DNA of 64,000 bases, from positions 1,755,481 to 1,819,480 of the forward strand of contig MU004232.1 in the NCBI GenBank assembly GCA_010405405.1, read 5' to 3'. Each line of letters begins with the position of its first letter. Within the stretch, counting starts at the first letter, position 1. Below the pieces are notes generated by a model that did not search any database, was not told the DNA's origin, and saw nothing but the letters and a program-made list of their open reading frames with translations. Below, one piece after another: positions 47,401 through 59,299 of this stretch. A program made the translations under genes and the position numbers. Origin of the DNA: Microthyrium microscopicum. Its lineage: Eukaryota.

Positions 47401-50083
47401 TACTTCTAAATAAAGACTAACTAGAATAAGTATATATATAAGTTAGTTATAGCTTAATTAAGAAAATCTCTATACTAAAATAAAGTAGTATTTTAGTAGA
47501 CTTTTATAAGAGAAATTATAGAGAATTATAAACGCTATAAGAATTAAAGTTTATAGAAAATAAGTAAATAGATAAGAGCTAAAGCTAGTAAACTAAAGAA
47601 AAACTTATATTTACTAGTACTTAGATAGACTATTAGTAATAACTATATTTATAATAATTAAGGTAAAATAAATATACTATTTATAAAGTTCTTCTTTTAA
47701 ATAAGAATAGTAGATTTTAGTAATATAAAGGACGCTATTCTACCTTTAGAATTAGAAATAGACTATAAAATAATAGTAAAAGAGATAAATTATATAATTA
47801 GTAGCCTCTTAAATTATAAGGTAATAAGACTTATTAATATACTAAATAAGGTTCTAAAGGCTCTTAAGCTTAAAGCGTAACTAGAAAAGAAGGATAATAA
47901 TCTAAAACTAATAGAATTTAGTAAAAGATTAGTACTTATAATTAATAAAATATTAATAAGTAGTATAATCTTAGAATATTTAAAGTAATCTTATATACTA
48001 GTATTAAAAAAGCTAAGTAAGAAAGACTATTTACTACTAATAGCCTACTAGCTAATTATCTTTAAGAATATAATAATAAAGTTAGTTAAAAAGATTATTA
48101 CTAATAGACTTACTTAACTTATAGAAAATAATAACTTACTATTTTAGAACTAGATAGAGGCTAGAGTAGAGTAATTAATACTAATAGTAGTATAGCTTCT
48201 AAGAAATATTATTAAAGTAGTATAGAAAGGAAATATAAGAGCTATAGTATTAGTACTTAGCCTTAATTTTTAAGAGGTATATAATAATATTAATCTAAGG
48301 AGGCTTCTCTATATTTTAAAGATAAAGAGAGTTCTTTAGTAGCTAATTAATATAGTAGTAAGCTTTACTATTAATTATATAACCTAAATTATATTTACTA
48401 AATACTAAAGCCTAGTAATAATAACTAATATAGAAATTTCTTAAGGATTTTCTCTCTTATTTATTTTCTTTCTTTTTTTTATATTAGAACTACTAGAATA
48501 CTTCTAAGATATAAGTAATAACGTTTTTAGATTTAGCTTTATAGATAATACTATATTAGTTATATAGGGTAATATTATTTAAGAGAACTATATAAGACTA
48601 GAAGAAGCTTATTAAAAGTATATTAACTAAGTAAATAGGTATAAAGTAAAGTTTATTTCTAATAAGTATTAAGTAATATACTTTATTTAGAATATTTACT
48701 ATTTAGAAGTAAACTTATAATCTATAGTAATAGTAAATAGTATATTTATTAAGCTTATACTAAAAAATATTAGAGTACTAAATATATAGATAGATAAAAA
48801 AATAAATTAGAAAGACTATATTAAAAAGACTAGAATTAAAGAATTTAAGTAAGTAGTAGTACTTTTAAGAATAATATAGTTAGAATAAAGACTAGTCTTT
48901 AGAAAAATAAAGCTTTTTTATATAGTAGTTATTAAGCTAACTTTTATATATAGAGTATAAGTATAAAGTCTAAAATTATTATTTTTTAAAGTACTAAAGA
49001 ATTATTATAAACTATTAGTAGTAATTTAGAATAATATACTCTATAAGATAATAGAAAGATACTAAAAAACTTTTATTACTTTATTAAATAAGAAAATAGA
49101 AGTTAAATTATTCTAAATAAATATTATAGTTTTAGTAAAGAAATATACTAATAAGAATAAAAACTTAATAGTAATATAAAAGATAAGTAAAATTATTATT
49201 AAAGTATACTAAGTAAACTTTCTAAGGAACTAAAGAATACTTCTCTAGTAGTAATAATTAAAAAACTTAGTAATATTTAAACTAGTATAAATATATATAA
49301 CTAAGGTTATAGCTTAGAGAATTAATATACTAAAGTAATAAAAGAAAAAATTAGAGATAAAGTAGAAGTAAGATACTAATTATAGATAAGTAACGTAATT
49401 AATAAATAGTACGCTATAGAAGAAGAAGGAAATAAAAATTAAACTAGAGCTAGAAATATCTCTAATTAAGATATATTATTATAGGTTTTAGATAAATGCT
49501 TAAATATAGCTTATAAAGACGTAGTAGTATACTACTATAGTATAAAGAACGTTATAAAGTAACTAATTAATTAAGCTTTATAATAGTCTTAATAAAGTAT
49601 AAGTAATAGTACTCTTTTTTATATAATTAAAAGTTATTAGACTTAATAATTAGCTATATAGCGTATAGGTACTAATAGTCTCTTTATTATAGTACCTATA
49701 TAGTTACTAGTAATAAATAATTTACTATATACTACTAAACTATTTATAATATTATAAAGAAAGATTACTAAAATAAATAATAATACTAAATAAGGCTTAT
49801 ATATTTTCTAATTTAAGAAATACTTAGGTAGTAGCTAGATAGCTACTAAAGAGTAGAGCTCTTTAGTAATTTAGGCTAATTAAAAAGATTATAAAAATAG
49901 ACTTTAAGGTATATAGAGAACTATTAAGACTTAAGGATCTTATAAATAACTAACTATAATACTATAGTACTAATAGGCTAGTAATATATAATTATAAAAG
50001 AAATAGCTAAGTCTAGAAATATAATTAATTTTATTTTATATTTATTTACTATTTTTTATTAAATAATAATACTATCTTACTTA
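44450..50083 (+). mobile_element. RIP-degenerated Tad1-like LINE (ORF1 gag-like; ORF2 endonuclease-RT); 5' boundary approximate
   Basis: De-RIPped ORF1 knuckles C-F-H-C-x4-H-x4-C (45828) and C-G-K-C-A-G-D-H (~45887). APE motifs L-V-G-D-F-N-C-H-H..W-G-G (~46861), I-D-L-T-F (~47041) and D-H-I-P-I (~47121). RT motifs KKPGK.DY...AYRPI (~48005), GIPQGSPLSPILF (~48430) and F-V-D-D-T (48538-48552). C-terminal C-P-C-G...H-I-L-L-N-C (~49693). Confidence 0.9.
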
Positions 50084-50084
50084 A

Positions 50085-51650
50085 TATAGTTAGTAAACTT
50101 ACTTACTAAACCTTTTATAACTTCTACTTATTTAATAGCCTCTTTATTTATACTTAATAATATATATTCCTTAATATTTTAATAAGAGTTAACTAGATTA
50201 GTTAATACTTTATTAAAAGCATATTAGAGGTATTTATTCTACTTTTTTAACTTTACTAGTACTTTATTATAATATTAAAAAAGATAAAAGATTAAAAGTA
50301 AGGATATACTTATAACTTTATACTTAGAATATTACTCTTTATAATAAGAGTAAGGCTATTAGCTAAGGTTAATCTAATTATAAATATAGGTAATTATTAT
50401 AATAAGTATACTAGAATTAACTAGGTACTTACTATTAAGTAACTTTATATAATAATATAATATTTAAAGATAGTATAAATAGATTCTTATATTAAAGATA
50501 TATATAGTCTATATTATAATAATTAATACTATATATAAAAGAATACTAAAAAACTTATAATAGAAGCTAGGATAGAATTAGCTAATTTTATATTTAAAAA
50601 TAAAGTAGTATTTTTAATATCTATAAATAAAGTAGTTTTTACTTTCTTTAAAAATAATAGAAAGAGGATACTTATAAGTATAGAATATTTACTAAGTACT
50701 TAAAAGTAAGAAAGAGAGAAAGAAGAGAAGCCTATAGAGGACTTATTCTTAGAAAAGAAATTAAAAAGAGTAGAAGGTATAATAGAAACTTAGAGAAGAA
50801 GAAGTAACTAAAACTATATAAATTTAAAATACTTTATATCTTAGAGATAGACTATATAGACTATTAGAAACTTAGAGGTAGTTATTTAGTAGCTTATTAT
50901 ATAGTATTAAAGAGTATAAATTAATAGAAAAAACTTAGCTAAGAGATATTATAGATACTTTACTTAATAGATATTAAAAAAGAGGGCTTAATATAGTTAA
51001 GAGCTATAGTAATACTAAAGCTTATTAAAGATAAAAATTAATTATAAAAACTTAGAAATATATATTATATATGCTTATTATAAAATTATATAGAAAGTTA
51101 ACTATATAAGAATAATAGCTATAAGCTTCTAAGAAGGAGAAGATTAATAAGAACTTATTAAACTATAATAGTAAAACTTAATAATAAGATAATACTAAAT
51201 AGAAATAGGTACTAAGAAGCTAGATTTAATTTATCTTAAGAAATACTATAGTCTTAAGTAATTAAGTAATAAATAAGTCCTAAAAGAAAAATTAATAATA
51301 GAAATAGTATTAAAAATTAAGATTTTAGTATATAGTATAAGATTTATATAATATATAATATACTTAAGCTATATAAGGCCCTTAGTAATTAGTAACTATT
51401 AATTACTTACTATATTAACCTATTAACTAGAATTTCTTTAGTAAGCTTATAGTTTATAAAGAGATAATATAAGTCTTTCTATTTAGAAGTAGTAAACTAA
51501 GAGAGTATTATAATAATAATAGAATAAAGCTACTAAAAGGTAACTAAAGGAATATTATAGGTTTCTTTATAGAGGTTTTTCTAAAAGTAAGAGTAGTATC
51601 TATATAGTCTATTAGCATAGCTAAAAGATAATAAATAAGATTTATATATA
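50085..51650 (+). pseudogene. Coding-like RIP relic directly downstream of the LINE, shared with the second LINE copy
   Basis: Reverse-complement match to ~60030-61592; purine-rich, single-frame coding-like composition; no recognisable motif. Confidence 0.45.
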
Positions 51651-52499
51651 TTATATTATCTTTAGTTTATCTATTTCTCTTACTACTAAAACCTATATTC
51701 TTATTAACTATAGCTCTACTAATACTAGAACACTATTCGCTTTATTCTCTAAAAGTATTTAGAAAACGATAATAAATAGCTTATATCCTTTTTTAGCTTT
51801 AGTACTAACTTTTAATAAGCTATATTAAATAGAAACTACCTTTACTATTATACTTACTAATATATACGTATATTAGCCTCTACTATATATATTTAGGTTA
51901 TACTATTAAACTAAAAAATAAGAACGCTAAATTAGAGAATAGTTATTAATTTAATTAATAAAAAAACTAAGAAGATAACTTAATAATAAAAGTGTAAAAA
52001 TATAGTAAGTATTATTACTCTTAACGTAGTAGTAAGTAATAGCTAAATTAGTATAAGTATATACGATATATAGTTTAATACTAAAGGGTAATCTACTATA
52101 TTATATCTATATAGTAATATTTTAGCTATATATAGCTAGTAATAATTAGTTCTACTATTTAGTAATAATAGTAAGTATAAATATCTAGGCTAAAAGAATA
52201 TATATTATTACTAATAAATAAGATAGCCTAGAATAATATAAGGCTAAGAAATAGGTAGAATAAGATAAGTTTATATCCTATAAGTACTTATAATAAGTAG
52301 TAAAATATAAATATTATAATCCTTTAAGTACTTTATAAAGGCTTAATTAAGATATATACTCTTATTACTAAACTATAGTATATAAATTTATAATTAAACT
52401 AGACTATTATAGTTCTTAAGAAGTAGAAAGGCTAAACTATATAGTTCTTAAAAAGTAGAAGATTAGACTATATAGTTCTTAAGAAGTAAAAGGGTCTTT

Positions 52500-55400
52500 A
52501 GTAAAAGATACTAATATTAACTTAGATTATTAAGTTTCTATTAGTAATGTTAACTTTAAAGTCTATAATTAAATAATCTTTAAAAGAATAGTAAATATTT
52601 ACTACGCGTAGCTAGTAAAAATTAGTTATATTATAAATACTTTATAGTATAATTATTAGGTTCTAAATGTAGTAGAGTCTATAAATATATAATACTATAA
52701 GATTTCTATAAATATTAATATATATTAATTAAATATTATTATAGCGTTTAGTATTTAAACGTTATAGTATCTTTAGATAGCTTTATTAAATAACTTTTAA
52801 GCTATATAGGACCTAAATAGCTACTTATACTAAAGACTTATAAGTTTAAGGCCTTTTACTTAACTAAGATTATAAAAGTAAAGTTCTTATATTTATTAAT
52901 TAAAGTTACGCCTTTTTTAATAAGGTTCTAGGGTTAGAATAAAGTAATTATATAATTAGTAAAATATATTAATTAATACTACGTTAATAAATAAATATTT
53001 ACTTAAGATAAGGCTAAAATTGTTTTAGCTTACGCCTATTGCTCTTAAGTCTTATCTACTAGTATTATATTTATCTATATAGGCTATTTTTAATAGGCTA
53101 TAGAAATAACGTATCTTCTTATAAAATATTTTACTAATAAATAGTCTTATCTTTAAAGTATAAAAGGAGATATTTACTACTAAAATAAAATACTAATACG
53201 TAAATCTAGTTATTATAGTTAATAAGTATTTTAATTAATATTCCTCTACTATTCTAAAGCTTAATAAGCTTATTACGACTAATAATAGAAATTTAAATAA
53301 GCTAACTATATAAGGTTATAAGAATTAGGCTTAAAGTAGCAAATAGTAGTAAATATTAGTAATTAGTAAAGTTTAGAATATAAAGAGTTAAGTAACTTAG
53401 AGATTTTATTATAAAATATTAGAGATTATAATTAGATTATAATAATGTAAGTATACCTACTTTGCTCTACCTTACTTATATATACCCTACCTTACCTAGA
53501 TATAGCTAAATACTTTATAATAATCTTTTTAAAATTAGCTTATATTAAACGTTATCTACTAAGATTATAGATACTTAAAGTTTAATTATTAGCTCTTTAT
53601 AAATTCTATTTAAGGAATTATTAGCCTATAATAAGTAGGTATAGAACGTAGCCTAAAGACGCTATATATTTTAAGTAAAGCCTTTTTACTTATATTAGGA
53701 TAGCTATATATTATCTACTAATAAAATAAAGAGTTATAAGCAACCTAATAAGCTATTACTAGTTTATATACCTAATTATATACTAAGTAGCTATCTACTA
53801 GATAAGGTTACTTTATAAGTAGTACTTAAGTTATATTAATAACTATATAAGTTTATAATATTAAGAAAAAGGTTAAGTCTAAATAGTTTCTTAAATATAG
53901 TATTAAGATACCTAAGCTACCTATTTATAATTAATAGGCTATATATATATTATTTAATAAAACTTAAAAGATATTATATAGATTACTATAATATAGTTCT
54001 TAAGCTCTTTATTAGTTAAAATATAAAGATTAGTTACTAAATATTAATATAAGATAATAAAGTAGTACTATTTTAAGTTACTATAAAGAAGTAAAGATAT
54101 TAACTAAATTAAGTAAATAAGTCTTAATATAATAAGTAAAGAATACATCTATAAGATAAGCCTAATAGTTTAATAATAAGAAATAAAAAAAATGTAAGTT
54201 AGATTAAGTTAATATAATTTATACCTTAACTACTATATATTTAGTAAACATTTAAAATAAAGCATTTTTAGAGCTATAAACTAATAAAATAACTAACTAC
54301 ATTTAGGTATAATATAAATATACCTACTTATTCTATTATATCTCTACCTATTCTATAGCTAATTATTATTTAAAATTTACTTATACTAGTTTATATACTA
54401 CTACTATTTAGAATTATATTCTATTTATATATTTCTTAAATAATATAATCTTATATAATATATATATACTTTAATATAGAAATTTAGTTTAACTTATATA
54501 TCTTAATTACTAATCTATACTATAATATACAACTATTATTTACCTTATTACTACCTTACTTATTTATCTAATAGCTTACCTTAAACGTAATGCTATCTAA
54601 CTATTATTCTAAGTAGTTAAATATATACTATAAAACTATATTAGAATATACTAATTAAAGCTTAACTTTCTACTACTCTATTTATTTACTACGTTAATCT
54701 AAAGTAATACTTATAATGTTACCTTAAATAAGAAAGATTAATACTATATATACTAAGCTATACTAATAGTATAAAAGAATAATATAAAAAAGTTAAGTTA
54801 ATATTAATATTAATATAAACTCTTATATTTAAGATGCTAGTCTTATTAACTAAGTCTATAAGATCTTACCTACTATTATAAGCTTAGAAAGAAGTATCTA
54901 TTTATTATATCTACTTTTAATACTATAACGAAAGGTTAAAGGCTTACTTCTAATTTTAATTATATTATAATAATTTTTTTATAATAAATAGCTAATAGTC
55001 GTATTTATATATCTTCTTATCTAAAGCTAAATAAGGTATATAGTAGTAAATACTTAATACTAATTACTTTATTTTATACTTCTTTATAAATTAGAGGTAA
55101 GAATAAGTCTATTAAATTAATAAAAAGAAGAAGAAGAGAAGAGGGTTATATTCTAAGTATTATAAAAGACTAAATTAATATTTAGTTCTATAATATAAGC
55201 TTTAAGAATAATTATAGCTACTAAACGTAATAGATACGTTAAGCTAATCTAGTAGTTACTTAATACTAATATAATTAACTAATTAATACTTCTAATAGCT
55301 CTTTTCTTATCTATAATAGCTATATCTAAATAAGTTGTAATAGAAGCCATCGTAGTTACTAATATAAGTACCTTCTCTATAATAGCTATATCTAGATAGG
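52500..55400 (+). pseudogene. Long RIP-degenerated ORF relic of unknown family
   Basis: One frame reads as plausible protein after reversing RIP over ~2.9 kb; no RT, integrase, DDE or tyrosine-recombinase motif recognised. Confidence 0.35.
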
Positions 55401-55525
55401 CTATAATAAAAACTATAGTAAAAGTATTACTAAAAGTAGTAAAGCAAGCTAGCTTTCCTTAAGAGTATTAATTTTAAGTACTAGAAGCTATAGAGGAATA
55501 TATATAACATTGTAGTAGACGCTTC

Positions 55526-55692
55526 TAAACTTCTATAGAACTCTATACTATTAATTTAGCAAGATAGAGCGATTATAGTTTTATAAAGCTTATTTATACT
55601 CTAACGTTAGCCTAAAGTAGGTAGTAGACTCTATACTATTAATTTAGCAGAATAGAGCAATTATAGTTCTATAAAGCTTATTTATACCCTAG
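55526..55692 (+). repeat. 88-bp unit in ~2 tandem copies, also present once at 34062-34166
   Basis: ctctatactattaatttagca.gatagagc.attatagtt.tataaagct.atttatac at 55541 and 55629, and again at ~34077. Confidence 0.85.
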
Positions 55693-55954
55693 TAAAGGCG
55701 CTATAAGTAAATAATATAGAGAAAGAAGAAAAAAAGAAAGATAAATAAGGAAAAAAAGATATTTATATCCTACTAGCCTTTAAGAATTCCTCTTTAAGCA
55801 AGTTTAAACCTAATATTATAAGGGTAGTATTAGTCTCTTTAAAAAGTAGCTAGAATATACTTATAATAGACTTCTAAAAAACACTACTACTATTAATATA
55901 CTAGGCCTAAGCTAAAATACTAAGGCTATTAACATGCTTTAGTATTACTAATAC

Positions 55955-56415
55955 TAGGGCTATTAGCATGTTAGGGTAGTTAAGTCCTTAAAGTTAAGGA
56001 AGTAATAGCTTTTAAAAAACTATTAAGATTAAAAATATACTAAGAGCTAAATAGTAAAGATTAAATAGTAGCTAAAAGTAGTAAGAAATGTCGCTTATAC
56101 TTTACTACTATTAATACTAAAACTATTAGTATATTAGGATAATTAAGTCCTTAAAGTTAAGGAAGTAATAATAATAAAAGAATTGTTAAAGACTAGAAAA
56201 CTAAATAGTAACTAAAAGTAGTAAAAAGTATTACTAGCGTGCTTTACTACTAATACTAAAGCTATTAGCGTACTAAAATAGTTAAGTCCTTAAAGTTAAG
56301 GAAACGATAATAATAAAAGAATTATTAAAAACTAGAAAACTAGATAGTAACTAAAAGTAGTAAGAAGTATTACTAGTATACTTTACTACTAATACTAAAG
56401 CTATTAGCATACTAA
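55955..56415 (+). repeat. Tandem repeat of ~140-160 bp, 3 copies
   Basis: Anchor ttaagtccttaaagttaagg at 55980, 56143 and 56282. Confidence 0.85.
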
Positions 56416-57009
56416 GAAAGAAGAAAAGAAGAAGAGGAAGAAGAAAAAAAATTAAAGGATTACTATATCCTTATTACTAATCTTCTAACTAATTTAGTAT
56501 ATTCTTTCTAAGAATTACTATATCCTTATTACTAATTTTCTATCCTAATCTAGTAGAGCTAAAGTTTAAGATAGTAAAGTACTTAAACCTACTAAAAAAA
56601 CTTACTCTTTATATTCTTTCTAAGAATTACTATACCCTTATTACTAATCTTCTAACTAATATAGTATTCTTTATACGCTTTATAACTAGAGTACTTATAT
56701 TATAGTATTAAATCCGCTATCTTATAGAATATAAACTTCTATTTTAACTAAGAGTTATTCTTACTACTAATAATACTACTTACGTAAGTATATCTATTAG
56801 AATCTATTAATACCTACTAAAACCTATTAATACCTATATATCTATATATATCCTAATATATAGGTTATAAATAAAAGGAACTACTACTAAGGCATTTAAT
56901 TAAAATGATAACAAACATTGCCTATATTACTTATAATAAGAGATATTATTTATTTTAAAAAGCTAAGAGTAGCTACTAATAGTAGAAAGACTTATAAGAT
57001 AGTATAATA

Positions 57010-57570
57010 AGCTCGTCTTTCTAAGTAAGATAGCTAATTTAGTGCCTAAATATTTCTAGCGTTTAAAAAGCTTATAGAATCCTTAATAGTTATTAATACT
57101 TATTACAATATATAGTATTAAGAAAGTATCCCTTACAAACTTATCCTTCTAAGTAAAATAGTTTACTTATATACTTATTAATTCCTATATACTAACGTAA
57201 CTTACAATACTACTTATTTTTAATTAAAGCCTTACTATAATTAGAAGGTATCCCTAACGAACCTATCCTTCTAAGAAAGATAGCTAATTTAATATCTAAA
57301 CGATCCTATAGCCTAGAAGGCTTATAGAAATCCATGCATTCATTAATACTTATACGCTAATATAACTTATAATACTACTTGTTCTTAATAGAACTTTACT
57401 ATAATTAGAAGGTATCTCTAATAAACCTACCCTTCTAAGCAAGATAGCTAATTTAGTATCTAGATAATCCTACTACCTAAAAGGCTTATAAAAATCTACG
57501 CGTTTATTAATACCTATATGCTAACACAACTTATAATACTACTTATTCTTAATAGAACCTTACTACGCTT
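57010..57570 (+). repeat. Tandem repeat of ~165 bp, about 3 copies
   Basis: Unit starts at 57192, 57357 and 57521, with a diverged copy upstream; anchor ttctaag.aagatagctaattt. Confidence 0.85.
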
Positions 57571-58819
57571 AATTCTATACTTATTATTAAGTTACTTTAA
57601 GATATATATAAAAAACGTTCTAGTCTTATAAGGTTACTCCTCTTTACCTCGTCTATAATTAGCCTATATATACTATAATAAGGTAAACTAATAAATTAGC
57701 GCATTATAAAATAAATTAAACATTAAAATCTTACCTCCTAGATAAGGTATAAATACTTAAACTCTAACTATTTTCCTCTAATACAGTATAAAGTAAGGAC
57801 TTTAGCTAGCTAATTATTATTACTATTAATAGTTAAAATTATATCTATAATAATACAAAGAATATTAAATACTATAAAAGTATCCTATTTAGGCTCTAGT
57901 AGGTTATTAATATTATTATTACTATTTAGTACTTAAACCCTTTCCTTCTAAATTAGATAAGAGTACTTAAACTCTAACTACTTTTATCTAGTATAGTATA
58001 AAGTTAATAAATATACAAGCCGTAGGTATTATTATTACTATTTAGTACTTAAATCCTCCTCTCCTAAATTAAATAAAAGCTTCTAATATAAGAGTAGCGT
58101 TTAATAAACTACCTATAAAAATAAGTCTTTCTATATATTTTCTTATATATTCCTACTAATAAAAACAGCTAATACAAATAATTACAAATAACTTAGGTAA
58201 TAAAGACCTACGAGCCTTTAATACTATTTATATAAATTAACTTCTAGTTAGTTATCTATAGAATTTTATTATTATTAAGATAAGAGTAGCTATTATAGAG
58301 AGTCTAATACTTATTATTAATAATATATATATATAAAAAATTTAGTATATAAGTATACTATTTAAGATTTATAGAATTATTAGTATTAAAAACTAGCGCT
58401 TAGATAACTAACGTATAGACAAACTTTTAGGACTCTAGGAATTTATAAATAGAGTAACTAATAAACTAATTAAGGCTAAAAAGATACGGCGCTAAGCAAA
58501 GGATTATAGCGTAGTAGTCTTAGTTAATATTATATATAATAGAAGAATTAGTAGCAAGGTAGCTAAATATCTAACAAGTACTTAAACTCTAACTACTTTC
58601 CTCTAGTATAATATAAAGTAAGGACTTTAACGCGTCTTAATTATAAGATAATATATTAACTTTAATATATCTTAAATATAAAAGAATTTAGAGCTAGAGT
58701 GGTTCTAGCTTTAAGTAAGAAGTATAAATAGTTTATTAGATTAAAACAATTCTAAATTAGCCTAATATAGAGTAAATAATACTATATACTAATAAGATAC
58801 TTAGTACTTTAGCACTTAG

Positions 58820-59075
58820 AAATACTTACTACTAATAATACTAAAAGTAAGTAAGTCTAAAATAATAGAATAGTTATAATTTATAACGTAGTTAATATTA
58901 TAATACTTACTACTAATTATATTAAAGATAAGTAAGTCTAGAATAATTAGATAACTACTAATATTATAACGTAGTTAGTATTATAATACTTACTACTAAT
59001 TATACTAAAGGTAAGTAAATTAGGAGGAAGGTAATAGATCTTATCTACTATATTGTTAATATTATAATACTTCTT
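58820..59075 (+). repeat. Tandem repeat of ~82 bp, about 3 copies
   Basis: atacttactactaat...aagtaagtct...tataacgtagtta.tattata recurring at ~58822, ~58903 and ~58986. Confidence 0.8.
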
Positions 59076-59299
59076 ATAAAGGACAATATCTAATATAATA
59101 AAAATACGTAAAGAGTTACTTAGATTGGCCTAAAGGTTAGTAAGAGAGACCTAAATATTATATTTAGGCTTAATAAGACTAAGCTTAGATTAGCTTATAA
59201 GTTAACGAGAGAGACAAAATTAGTATCTACTATAGTACTATATCTATATTACTTATAGATAAAGAAATATTTAAAACTAATTAAATTAGAATAAGTTTA

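Noticed and set aside
51650..55400. Starship captain (DUF3435 tyrosine recombinase) or Academ transposase call
   Set aside because: No catalytic motifs could be recognised by eye; left as unknown.
55500..59100. CRISPR-like appearance of repeated motifs
   Set aside because: Eukaryotic context, whole units repeat with no unique spacers, and no cas genes.
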